A DNA stretch of 64,000 nucleotides from positions 1,302,001 through 1,366,000 of the forward strand of contig OZ059895.1 in NCBI GenBank assembly GCA_964057225.1, written 5' to 3'. This DNA comes from Auanema rhodensis (lineage: Eukaryota > Animalia > Nematoda). Positions 1-10,500 of the stretch are shown in pieces. Below the pieces are notes generated by a model. The model had not been told where the DNA came from. It made no database searches and was given only the letters and a program-made list of their open reading frames with translations. Each line of letters begins with the position of its first letter. Position 1 is the first letter of the stretch. A program made the position numbers and the translations under genes.

Positions 1-80
1 CAACATACACTAATGCATCATTTTTCAAACGATCATAATTAATTTTTGTATTGAGCGTTTCTCAATGTAGTATAGTGCAT

Positions 81-147
81 TCGATGCGGATTTTTAAGCT
101 GCGTCGATCTGTGTTATCAGATTTGCGCTAGCTTAAAAATGCACCGA
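81..147. repeat. Imperfect inverted repeat / ~67-nt hairpin present in every monomer (monomer positions 81-147)
   Basis: ATTTTTAAGCT (90-100) is the exact reverse complement of AGCTTAAAAAT (130-140). Inner pairs GCG/CGC and ATCTG (107-111)/CAGAT (118-122) close a TGTTAT loop. Outer pairs TCG-TGC (81-87)/GCA-CGA (141-147). Confidence 0.9.
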
Positions 148-157
148 GATATGAACT

Positions 158-179
158 GATATAAGTTCACACTTATATC
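158..179. repeat. 9-bp stem-loop in every monomer (monomer positions 158-179)
   Basis: GATATAAGT (158-166) / ACTTATATC (171-179) is a perfect inverted repeat with a TCAC loop. The common 173A variant introduces one mismatch. Confidence 0.85.
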
Positions 180-253
180 CTCGATTTTCACCCTGAAGAA
201 TTAATTTTTTCGTTGAATAACATTGTCCATCGTCTTTGCCTTGAAAAAAGAAA

Positions 254-325
254 TCTAAAAACATCTACTTTTTGCTAAATTATTTTGAAATTTTTCGAAA
301 AAATTTTTGTCAAAATGTTTTTGGA
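254..325. repeat. Nested AT-rich dyad symmetry centred on TTTTTCGAAAAA in every monomer
   Basis: Perfect 12-bp palindrome TTTTTCGAAAAA (291-302), flanked by ATTTTGA (282-288)/TCAAAAT (310-316) and TCTAAAAACAT (254-264)/ATGTTTTTGGA (315-325, one mismatch). Confidence 0.8.
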
Positions 326-329
326 AGCA

Positions 330-357
330 ATGTTGAGTGTACATGGAAACTCAACAT
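330..357. repeat. Perfect 9-bp inverted repeat spanning the (arbitrary) monomer boundary
   Basis: ATGTTGAGT (330-338) / ACTCAACAT (349-357) with a 10-nt loop GTACATGGAA. Confidence 0.85.
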
Positions 358-1404
358 ACACTAATGCATCATTTTTCAAACGATCATAACTAATTTTTGT
401 ATTAAGCGTTTCTCAATGTAGTATAGTGCATTCGATGCGGATTTTTAAGCTGCGTCGTTCTGTGTTATCAGATTTGCGCTAGCTTAAAAATGCACCGAGA
501 TATCAACTGATATAAGTTCACACATATATCCTCGATTTTCACCCTGAAGAATTAATTTTTTCGTTGAATAACATTGTCCATCGTCTTTGCCTTGAAAAAA
601 GGAATCTAAAAACATCTACTTTTTGCTAAATTATTTTGAAATTTTTCGAAAAAATTTTTGTCAAAATGTTTTTGGAAGCAATGTTGAGTGTACATGGAAA
701 CTCAACATACACTAATGCATCATTTTTCAAACGATCATAATTAATTTTTGTATTAAGCGTTTCTCAATTTAGTATAGTGCATTCGATGCGGATTTTTAAG
801 CTGCGTCGATCTGTGTTATCAGATTTGCGCTAGCTTAAAAATGCACCGAGATATGAACTGATATAAGTTCACACTTATATCCTCGATTTTCACCCTGAAG
901 AATTAATTTTTTCGTTGAATAACATTGTCCATCGTCTTTGCCTTGAAAAAAGAAATCTAAAAACATCTACTTTTTGCTAAATTATATTGAAATTTTTCGA
1001 AAAAATTTTTGTCAAAATGTTTTTGGAAGCAATGTTGAGTGTACATGGAAACTCAACATACACTAATGCATCATTTTTCAAACGATCATAACTAATTTTT
1101 GTATTAAGCGTTTCTCAATGTAGTATAGTGCATTCGATGCGGATTTTTAAGCTGCGTCGTTCTGTGTTATCAGATTTGCGCTAGCTTAAAAATGCACCGA
1201 GATATCAACTGATATAAGTTCACACATATATCCTCGATTTTCACCCTGAAGAATTAATTTTTTCGTTGAATAACATTGTCCATCGTCTTTGCCTTGAAAG
1301 AAGGAATCTAAAAACATCTACTTTTTGCTTAATTATTTTGAAATTTTTCGAAAAAATTTTTGTCAAAATGTTTTTGGAAGCAATGTTGAGTGTACATGGA
1401 AACT

Positions 1405-4400
1405 CAACATACACTAATGCATCATTTTTCAAACGATCATAATTAATTTTTGTATTAAGCGTTTCTCAATTTAGTATAGTGCATTCGATGCGGATTTTTA
1501 AGCTGCGTCGATCTGTGTTATCAGATTTGCGCTAGCTTAAAAATGCACCGAGATATCAACTGATATAAGTTCACACTTATATCCTCGATTTTCACCCTGA
1601 AGAATTGATTTTTTCGTTGAATAACATTGTCCATCGTCTTCGCCTTGAAAAAAGGAATCTAAAAACATCTACTTTTTGCTAAATTATCTTGAAATTTTTC
1701 GAAAAAATTTTTGTCAAAATGTTTTTGGAAGCAATGTTGAGTGTACATGGAAACTCAACATACACTAATGCATCATTTTTCAAACGATCATAATTAATTT
1801 TTGTATTAAGCGTTTCTCAATGTAGTATAGTGCAATCGATGCGGATTTTTAAGCTGCGTCGATCTGTGTTATCAGATTTGCGCTAGCTTAAAAATGCACC
1901 GAGATATCAACTGATATAAGTTCACACTTATATCCTCGATTTTCACCCTGAAGAATTAATTTTTTCGTTGAATAACATTGTCCATCGTCTTTGCCTTGAA
2001 AAAAGGAATCTAAAAACATCTACTTTTTGCTAAATTATCTTGAAATTTTTCGAAAAAATTTTTGTCAAAATGTTTTTGGAAGCAATGTTGAGTGTACATG
2101 GAAACTCAACATACACTAATGCATCATTTTTCAAACGATCATAATTAATTTTTGTATTGAGCGTTTCTCAATGTAGTATAGTGCATTCGATGCGGATTTT
2201 TAAGCTGCGTCGATCTGTGTTATCAGATTTGCGCTAGCTTAAAAATGCACCGAGATATGAACTGATATAAGTTCACACTTATATCCTCGATTTTCACCCT
2301 GAAGAATTAATTTTTTCGTTGAATAACATTGTCCATCGTCTTTGCCTTGAAAAAAGAAATCTAAAAACATCTACTTTTTGCTAAATTATTTTGAAATTTT
2401 TCGAAAAAATTTTTGTCAAAATGTTTTTGGAAGCAATGTTGAGTGTACATGGAAACTCAACATACACTAATGCATCATTTTTCAAACGATCATAATTAAT
2501 TTTTGTATTAAGCGTTTCTCAATTTAGTATAGTGCATTCGATGCGGATTTTTAAGCTGCGTCGATCTGTGTTATCAGATTTGCGCTAGCTTAAAAATGCA
2601 CCGAGATATCAACTGATATAAGTTCACACTTATATCCTCGATTTTCACCCTGAAGAATTGATTTTTTCGTTGAATAACATTGTCCATCGTCTTTGCCTTG
2701 AAAAAAGGAATCTAAAAACATCTACTTTTTGCTAAATTATCTTGAAATTTTTCGAAAAAATTTTTGTCAAAATGTTTTTGGAAGCAATGTTGAGTGTACA
2801 TGGAAACTCAACATACACTAATGCATCATTTTTCAAACGATCATAATTAATTTTTGTATTAAGCGTTTCTCAATGTAGTATAGTGCAATCGATGCGGATT
2901 TTTAAGCTGCGTCGATCTGTGTTATCAGATTTGCGCTAGCTTAAAAATGCACCGAGATATCAACTGATATAAGTTCACACTTATATCCTCGATTTTCACC
3001 CTGAAGAATTAATTTTTTCGTTGAATAACATTGTCCATCGTCTTTGCCTTGAAAAAAGGAATCTAAAAACATCTACTTTTTGCTAAATTATCTTGAAATT
3101 TTTCGAAAAAATTTTTGTCAAAATGTTTTTGGAAGCAATGTTGAGTGTACATGGAAACTCAACATACACTAATGCATCATTTTTCAAACGATCATAATTA
3201 ATTTTTGTATTGAGCGTTTCTCAATGTAGTATAGTGCATTCGATGCGGATTTTTAAGCTGCGTCGATCTGTGTTATCAGATTTGCGCTAGCTTAAAAATG
3301 CACCGAGATATGAACTGATATAAGTTCACACTTATATCCTCGATTTTCACCCTGAAGAATTAATTTTTTCGTTGAATAACATTGTCCATCGTCTTTGCCT
3401 TGAAAAAAGGAATCTAAAAACATCTACTTTTTGCTAAATTATTTTGAAATTTTTCGAAAAAATTTTTGTCAAAATGTTTTTGGAAGCAATGTTGAGTGTA
3501 CATGGAAACTCAACATACACTAATGCATCATTTTTCAAACGATCATAATTAATTTTTGTATTAAGCGTTTCTCAATTTAGTATAGTGCATTCGATGCGGA
3601 TTTTTAAGCTGCGTCGATCTGTGTTATCAGATTTGCGCTAGCTTAAAAATGCACCGAGATATCAACTGATATAAGTTCACACTTATATCCTCGATTTTCA
3701 CCCTGAAGAATTGATTTTTTCGTTGAATAACATTGTCCATCGTCTTTGCCTTGAAAAAAGGAATCTAAAAACATCTACTTTTTGTTAAATTATCTTGAAA
3801 TTTTTCGAAAAAATTTTTGTCAAAATGTTTTTGGAAGCAATGTTGAGTGTACATGGAAACTCAACATACACTAATGCATCATTTTTCAAACGATCATAAT
3901 TAATTTTTGTATTAAGCGTTTCTCAATGTAGTATAGTGCAATCGATGCGGATTTTTAAGCTGCGTCGATCTGTGTTATCAGATTTGCGCTAGCTTAAAAA
4001 TGCACCGAGATATCAACTGATATAAGTTCACACTTATATCCTCGATTTTCACCCTGAAGAATTAATTTTTTCGTTGAATAACATTGTCCATCGTCTTTGC
4101 CTTGAAAAAAGGAATCTAAAAACATCTACTTTTTGCTAAATTATCTTGAAATTTTTCGAAAAAATTTTTGTCAAAATGTTTTTGGAAGCAATGTTGAGTG
4201 TACATGGAAACTCAACATACACTAATGCATCATTTTTCAAACGATCATAATTAATTTTTGTATTGAGCGTTTCTCAATGTAGTATAGTGCATTCGATGCG
4301 GATTTTTAAGCTGCGTCGATCTGTGTTATCAGATTTGCGCTAGCTTAAAAATGCACCGAGATATGAACTGATATAAGTTCACACTTATATCCTCGATTTT

Positions 4401-4563
4401 CACCCTGAAGAATTAATTTTTTCGTTGAATAACATTGTCCATCGTCTTTGCCTTGAAAAAAGAAATCTAAAAACATCTACTTTTTGCTAAATTATTTTGA
4501 AATTTTTCGAAAAAATTTTTGTCAAAATGTTTTTGGAAGCAATGTTGAGTGTACATGGAAACT
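1405..4563. repeat. 3-mer higher-order repeat (1053 bp) x3, M5-M13
   Basis: Recurring haplotype order (67T,203G,284C)-(80A,284C)-(53G,153G,+/-251A) starting at 1405, 2458 and 3511. Confidence 0.85.
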
Positions 4564-7500
4564 CAACATACACTAATGCATCATTTTTCAAACGATCATA
4601 ACTAATTTTTGTATTAAGCGTTTCTCAATGTAGTATAGTGCATTCGATGCGGATTTTTAAGCTGCGTCGTTCTGTGTTATCAGATTTGCGCTAGCTTAAA
4701 AATGCACCGAGATATCAACTGATATAAGTTCACACATATATCCTCGATTTTCACCCTGAAGAATTAAGTTTTTCGTTGAATAACATTGTCCATCGTCTTT
4801 GCCTTGAAAAAAGGAATCTAAAAACATCTACTTTTTGCTAAATTATTTTGAAATTTTTCGAAAAAATTTTTGTCAAAATGTTTTTGGAAGCAATGTTGAG
4901 TGTACATGGAAACTCAACATACACTAATGCATCATTTTTCAAACGATCATAATTAATTTTTGTATTAAGCGTTTCTCAATTTAGTATAGTGCATTCGATG
5001 CGGATTTTTAAGCTGCGTCGATCTGTGTTATCAGATTTGCGCTAGCTTAAAAATGCACCGAGATATCAACTGATATAAGTTCACACTTATATCCTCGATT
5101 TTCACCCTGAAGAATTAATTTTTTCGTTGAATAACATTGTCCATCGTCTTTGCCTTGAAAAAAGGAATCTGAAAACATCTACTTTTTGCTAAATTATTTT
5201 GAAATTTTTCGAAAAAATTTTTGTCAAAATGTTTTTGGAAGCAATGTTGAGTGTACATGGAAACTCAACATACACTAATGCATCATTTTTCAAACGATCA
5301 TAACTAATTTTTGTATTAAGCGTTTCTCAATTTAGTATAGTGCATTCGATGCGGATTTTTAAGCTGCGTCGATCTGTGTTATCAGATTTGCGCTAGCTGA
5401 AAAATGCACCGAGATATCAACTGATATAAGTTCACACTTATATCCTCGATTTTCACCCTGAAGAATTAATTTTTTCGTTGAATAACATTGTCCATCGTCT
5501 TTGCCTTGAAAAAAGGAATCTAAAAACATCTACTTTTTGCTAAATTATTTTGAAATTTTTCGAAAAAATTTTTGTCAAAATGTTTTTGGAAGCAATGTTG
5601 AGTGTACATGGAAACTCAACATACACTAATGCATCATTTTTCAAACGATCATAATTAATTTTTGTATTAAGCGTTTCTCAATGTAGTATAGTGCATTCGA
5701 TGCGGATTTTTAAGCTGCGTCGATCTGTGTTATCAGATTTGCGCTAGCTTAAAAATGCACCGAGATATCAACTGATATAAGTTCACACTTATATCCTCGA
5801 TTTTCACCCTGAAGAATTAATTTTTTCGTTGAATAACATTGTCCATCGTCTTTGCCTTGAAAAAAGGAATCTAAAAACATCTACTTTTTGCTAAATTATT
5901 TTGAAATTTTTCGAAAAAATTTTTGTCAAAATGTTTTTGGAAGCAATGTTGAGTGTACATGGAAACTCAACATACACTAATGCATCATTTTTCAAACGAT
6001 CATAATTAATTTTTGTATTAAGCGTTTCTCAATGTAGTATAGTGCATTCGATGCGGATTTTTAAGCTGCGTCGATCTGTGTTATCAGATTTGCGCTAGCT
6101 TAAAAATGCACCGAGATATCAACTGATATAAGTTCACACTTATATCCTCGATTTTCACCCTGAAGAATTAATTTTTTCGTTGAATAACATTGTCCATCGT
6201 CTTTGCCTTGAAAAAAGGAATCTAAAAACATCTACTTTTTGCTAAATTATTTTGAAATTTTTCGAAAAAATTTTTGTCAAAATGTTTTTGGAAGCAATGT
6301 TGAGTGTACATGGAAACTCAACATACACTAATGCATCATTTTTCAAACGATCATAATTAATTTTTGTATTGAGCGTTTCTCAATGTAGTATAGTGCAATC
6401 GATGCGGATTTTTAAGCTGCGTCGATCTGTGTTATCAGATTTGCGCTAGCTTAAAAATGCACCGAGATATCAACTGATATAAGTTCACACTTATATCCTC
6501 GATTTTCACCCTGAAGAATTAATTTTTTCGTTGAATAACATTGTCCATCGTCTTTGCCTTGAAAAAAGGAATCTAAAAACATCTACTTTTTGCTAAATTA
6601 TTTTGAAATTTTTCGAAAAAATTTTTGTCAAAATGTTTTTGGAAGCAATGTTGAGTGTACATGGAAACTCAACATACACTAATGCATCATTTTTCAAACG
6701 ATCATAACTAATTTTTGTATTAAGCGTTTCTCAATGTAGTAAAGTGCATTCGATGCGGATTTTTAAGCTGCGTCGATCTGTGTTATCAGATTTGCGCTAG
6801 CTTAAAAATGCACCGAGATATCAACTGATATAAGTTCACACTTATATCCTCGATTTTCACCCTGAAGAATTAATTTTTTCGTTGAATAACATTGTCCATC
6901 GTCTTTGCCTTAAAAAAAGGAATCTGAAAACATCTACTTTTTGCTAAATTATTTTGAAATTTTTCGAAAAAATTTTTGTCAAAATGTTTTTGGAAGCAAT
7001 GTTGAGTGTACATGGAAACTCAACATACACTAATGCATCATTTTTCAAACGATCATAACTAATTTTTGTATTAAGCGTTTCTCAATTTAGTATAGTGCAT
7101 TCGATGCGGATTTTTAAGCTGCGTCGATCTGTGTTATCAGATTTGCGCTAGCTGAAAAATGCACCGAGATATCAACTGATATAAGTTCACACTTATATCC
7201 TCGATTTTCACCCTGAAGAATTAATTTTTTCGTTGAATAACATTGTCCATCGTCTTTGCCTTGAAAAAAGGAATCTAAAAACATCTACTTTTTGCTAAAT
7301 TATTTTGAAATTTTTCGAAAAAATTTTTGTCAAAATGTTTTTGGAAGCAATGTTGAGTGTACATGGAAACTCAACATACACTAATGCATCATTTTTCAAA
7401 CGATCATAACTAATTTTTGTATTAAGCTTTTCTCAATGTAGTATAGTGCATTCGATGCGGATTTTTAAGCTGCGTCGTTCTGTGTTATCAGATTTGCGCT

Positions 7501-10500
7501 AGCTTAAAAATGCACCGAGATATCAACTGATATAAGTTCACACTTATATCCTCGATTTTCACCCTGAAGAATTAATTTTTTCGTTGAATAACATTGTCCA
7601 TCGTCTTTGCCTTGAAAAAAGGAATCTAAAAACATCTACTTTTTGCTAAATTATTTTGAAATTTTTCGAAAAAATTTTTGTCAAAATGTTTTTGGAAGCA
7701 ATGTTGAGTGTACATGGAAACTCAACATACACTAATGCATCATTTTTCAAACGATCATAACTAATTTTTGTATTAAGCGTTTCTCAATGTAGTATAATGC
7801 ATTCGATGCGGATTTTTAAGCTGCGTCGTTCTGTGTTATCAGATTTGCGCTAGCTTAAAAATGCACCGAGATATGAACTGATATAAGTTCACACTTATAT
7901 CCTCGATTTTCACCCTGAAGAATTAATTTTTTCGTTGAATAACATTGTCCATCGTCTTTGCCTTGAAAAAAGGAATCTAAAAACATCTACTTTTTGCTAA
8001 ATTATCTTGAAATTTTTCGAAAAAATTTTTGTCAAAATGTTTTTGGAAGCAATGTTGAGTGTACATGGAAACTCAACATACACTAATGCATCATTTTTCA
8101 AACGATCATAATTAATTTTTGTATTAAGCGTTTCTCAATGTAGTATAGTGCAATCGATGCGGATTTTTAAGCTGCGTCGATCTGTGTTATCAGATTTGCG
8201 CTAGCTTAAAAATGCACCGAGATATCAACTGATATAAGTTCACACTTATATCCTCGATTTTCACCCTGAAGAATTAATTTTTTCGTTGAATAACATTGTC
8301 CATCGTCTTTGCCTTGAAAAAAGGAATCTAAAAACATCTACTTTTTGCTAAATTATCTTGAAATTTTTCGAAAAAATTTTTGTCAAAATGTTTTTGGAAG
8401 CAATGTTGAGTGTACATGGAAACTCAACATACACTAATGCATCATTTTTCAAACGATCATAATTAATTTTTGTATTGAGCGTTTCTCAATGTAGTATAGT
8501 GCATTCGATGCGGATTTTTAAGCTGCGTCGATCTGTGTTATCAGATTTGCGCTAGCTTAAAAATGCACCGAGATATGAACTGATATAAGTTCACACTTAT
8601 ATCCTCGATTTTCACCCTGAAGAATTAATTTTTTCGTTGAATAACATTGTCCATCGTCTTTGCCTTGAAAAAAGGAATCTAAAAACATCTACTTTTTGCT
8701 AAATTATTTTGAAATTTTTCGAAAAAATTTTTGTCAAAATGTTTTTGGAAGCAATGTTGAGTGTACATGGAAACTCAACATACACTAATGCATCATTTTT
8801 CAAACGATCATAATTAATTTTTGTATTAAGCGTTTCTCAATTTAGTATAGTGCATTCGATGCGGATTTTTAAGCTGCGTCGATCTGTGTTATCAGATTTG
8901 CGCTAGCTTAAAAATGCACCGAGATATCAACTGATATAAGTTCACACTTATATCCTCGATTTTCACCCTGAAGAATTGATTTTTTCGTTGAATAACATTG
9001 TCCATCGTCTTTGCCTTGAAAAAAGGAATCTAAAAACATCTACTTTTTGCTAAATTATCTTGAAATTTTTCGAAAAAATTTTTGTCAAAATGTTTTTGGA
9101 AGCAATGTTGAGTGTACATGGAAACTCAACATACACTAATGCATCATTTTTCAAACGATCATAATTAATTTTTGTATTAAGCGTTTCTCAATGTAGTATA
9201 GTGCAATCGATGCGGATTTTTAAGCTGCGTCGATCTGTGTTATCAGATTTGCGCTAGCTTAAAAATGCACCGAGATATCAACTGATATAAGTTCACACTT
9301 ATATCCTCGATTTTCACCCTGAAGAATTAATTTTTTCGTTGAATAACATTGTCCATCGTCTTTGCCTTGAAAAAAGGAATCTAAAAACATCTACTTTTTG
9401 CTAAATTATCTTGAAATTTTTCGAAAAATTTTTTGTCAAAATGTTTTTGGAAGCAATGTTGAGTGTACATGGAAACTCAACATACACTAATGCATCATTT
9501 TTCAAACGATCATAATTAATTTTTGTATTGAGCGTTTCTCAATGTAGTATAGTGCATTCGATGCGGATTTTTAAGCTGCGTCGATCTGTGTTATCAGATT
9601 TGCGCTAGCTTAAAAATGCACCGAGATATGAACTGATATAAGTTCACACTTATATCCTCGATTTTCACCCTGAAGAATTAATTTTTTCGTTGAATAACAT
9701 TGTCCATCGTCTTTGCCTTGAAAAAAGAAATCTAAAAACATCTACTTTTTGCTAAATTATTTTGAAATTTTTCGAAAAAATTTTTGTCAAAATGTTTTTG
9801 GAAGCAATGTTGAGTGTACATGGAAACTCAACATACACTAATGCATCATTTTTCAAACGATCATAACTAATTTTTGTATTAAGCGTTTCTCAATGTAGTA
9901 TAGTGCATTCGATGCGGATTTTTAAGCTGCGTCGTTCTGTGTTATCAGATTTGCGCTAGCTTAAAAATGCACCGAGATATCAACTGATATAAGTTCACAC
10001 ATATATCCTCGATTTTCACCCTGAAGAATTAAGTTTTTCGTTGAATAACATTGTCCATCGTCTTTGCCTTGAAAAAAGGAATCTAAAAACATCTACTTTT
10101 TGCTAAATTATTTTGAAATTTTTCGAAAAAATTTTTGTCAAAATGTTTTTGGAAGCAATGTTGAGTGTACATGGAAACTCAACATACACTAATGCATCAT
10201 TTTTCAAACGATCATAATTAATTTTTGTATTAAGCGTTTCTCAATTTAGTATAGTGCATTCGATGCGGATTTTTAAGCTGCGTCGATCTGTGTTATCAGA
10301 TTTGCGCTAGCTTAAAAATGCACCGAGATATCAACTGATATAAGTTCACACTTATATCCTCGATTTTCACCCTGAAGAATTAATTTTTTCGTTGAATAAC
10401 ATTGTCCATCGTCTTTGCCTTGAAAAAAGGAATCTGAAAACATCTACTTTTTGCTAAATTATTTTGAAATTTTTCGAAAAAATTTTTGTCAAAATGTTTT

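Noticed and set aside
158-190. Rho-independent terminator or bacterial promoter-like motifs
   Set aside because: The stem is AT-rich, is not immediately followed by a U-tract and has no upstream gene. The context is a eukaryote-type satellite.
208-224. CENP-B box-like motif TTTCGTTGAATAACATT
   Set aside because: It matches only the TTCG....A half of NTTCGNNNNANNCGGGN. The essential CGGG is absent.
1-351. Tandem RNA gene unit (5S rRNA, tRNA, snRNA, spliced leader)
   Set aside because: No recognisable 5S, tRNA cloverleaf, U snRNA or SL sequence on either strand. An Rfam/Infernal scan would be the formal test.
1-351. Assignment to a named satellite family or species (e.g. ~350-360-bp insect satellites)
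   Set aside because: Only the size class and AT-richness are similar. I do not recognise the sequence and cannot run BLAST/Dfam.
1241-1432. 63-aa minus-strand ORF (also at 30023, 31076, 43361 and 44414)
   Set aside because: It begins at TTG (plus-strand CAA, monomer 26-28), not ATG. It exists only where monomer position 277 is mutated (A>T in M4, A>G in M86/89/124/127), removing the TAG that ends the frame after 34 codons in the other monomers. The four later copies are duplicates of one mutation. No recognisable domain. Two independent changes at 277 are notable, but other sites are also multi-allelic.
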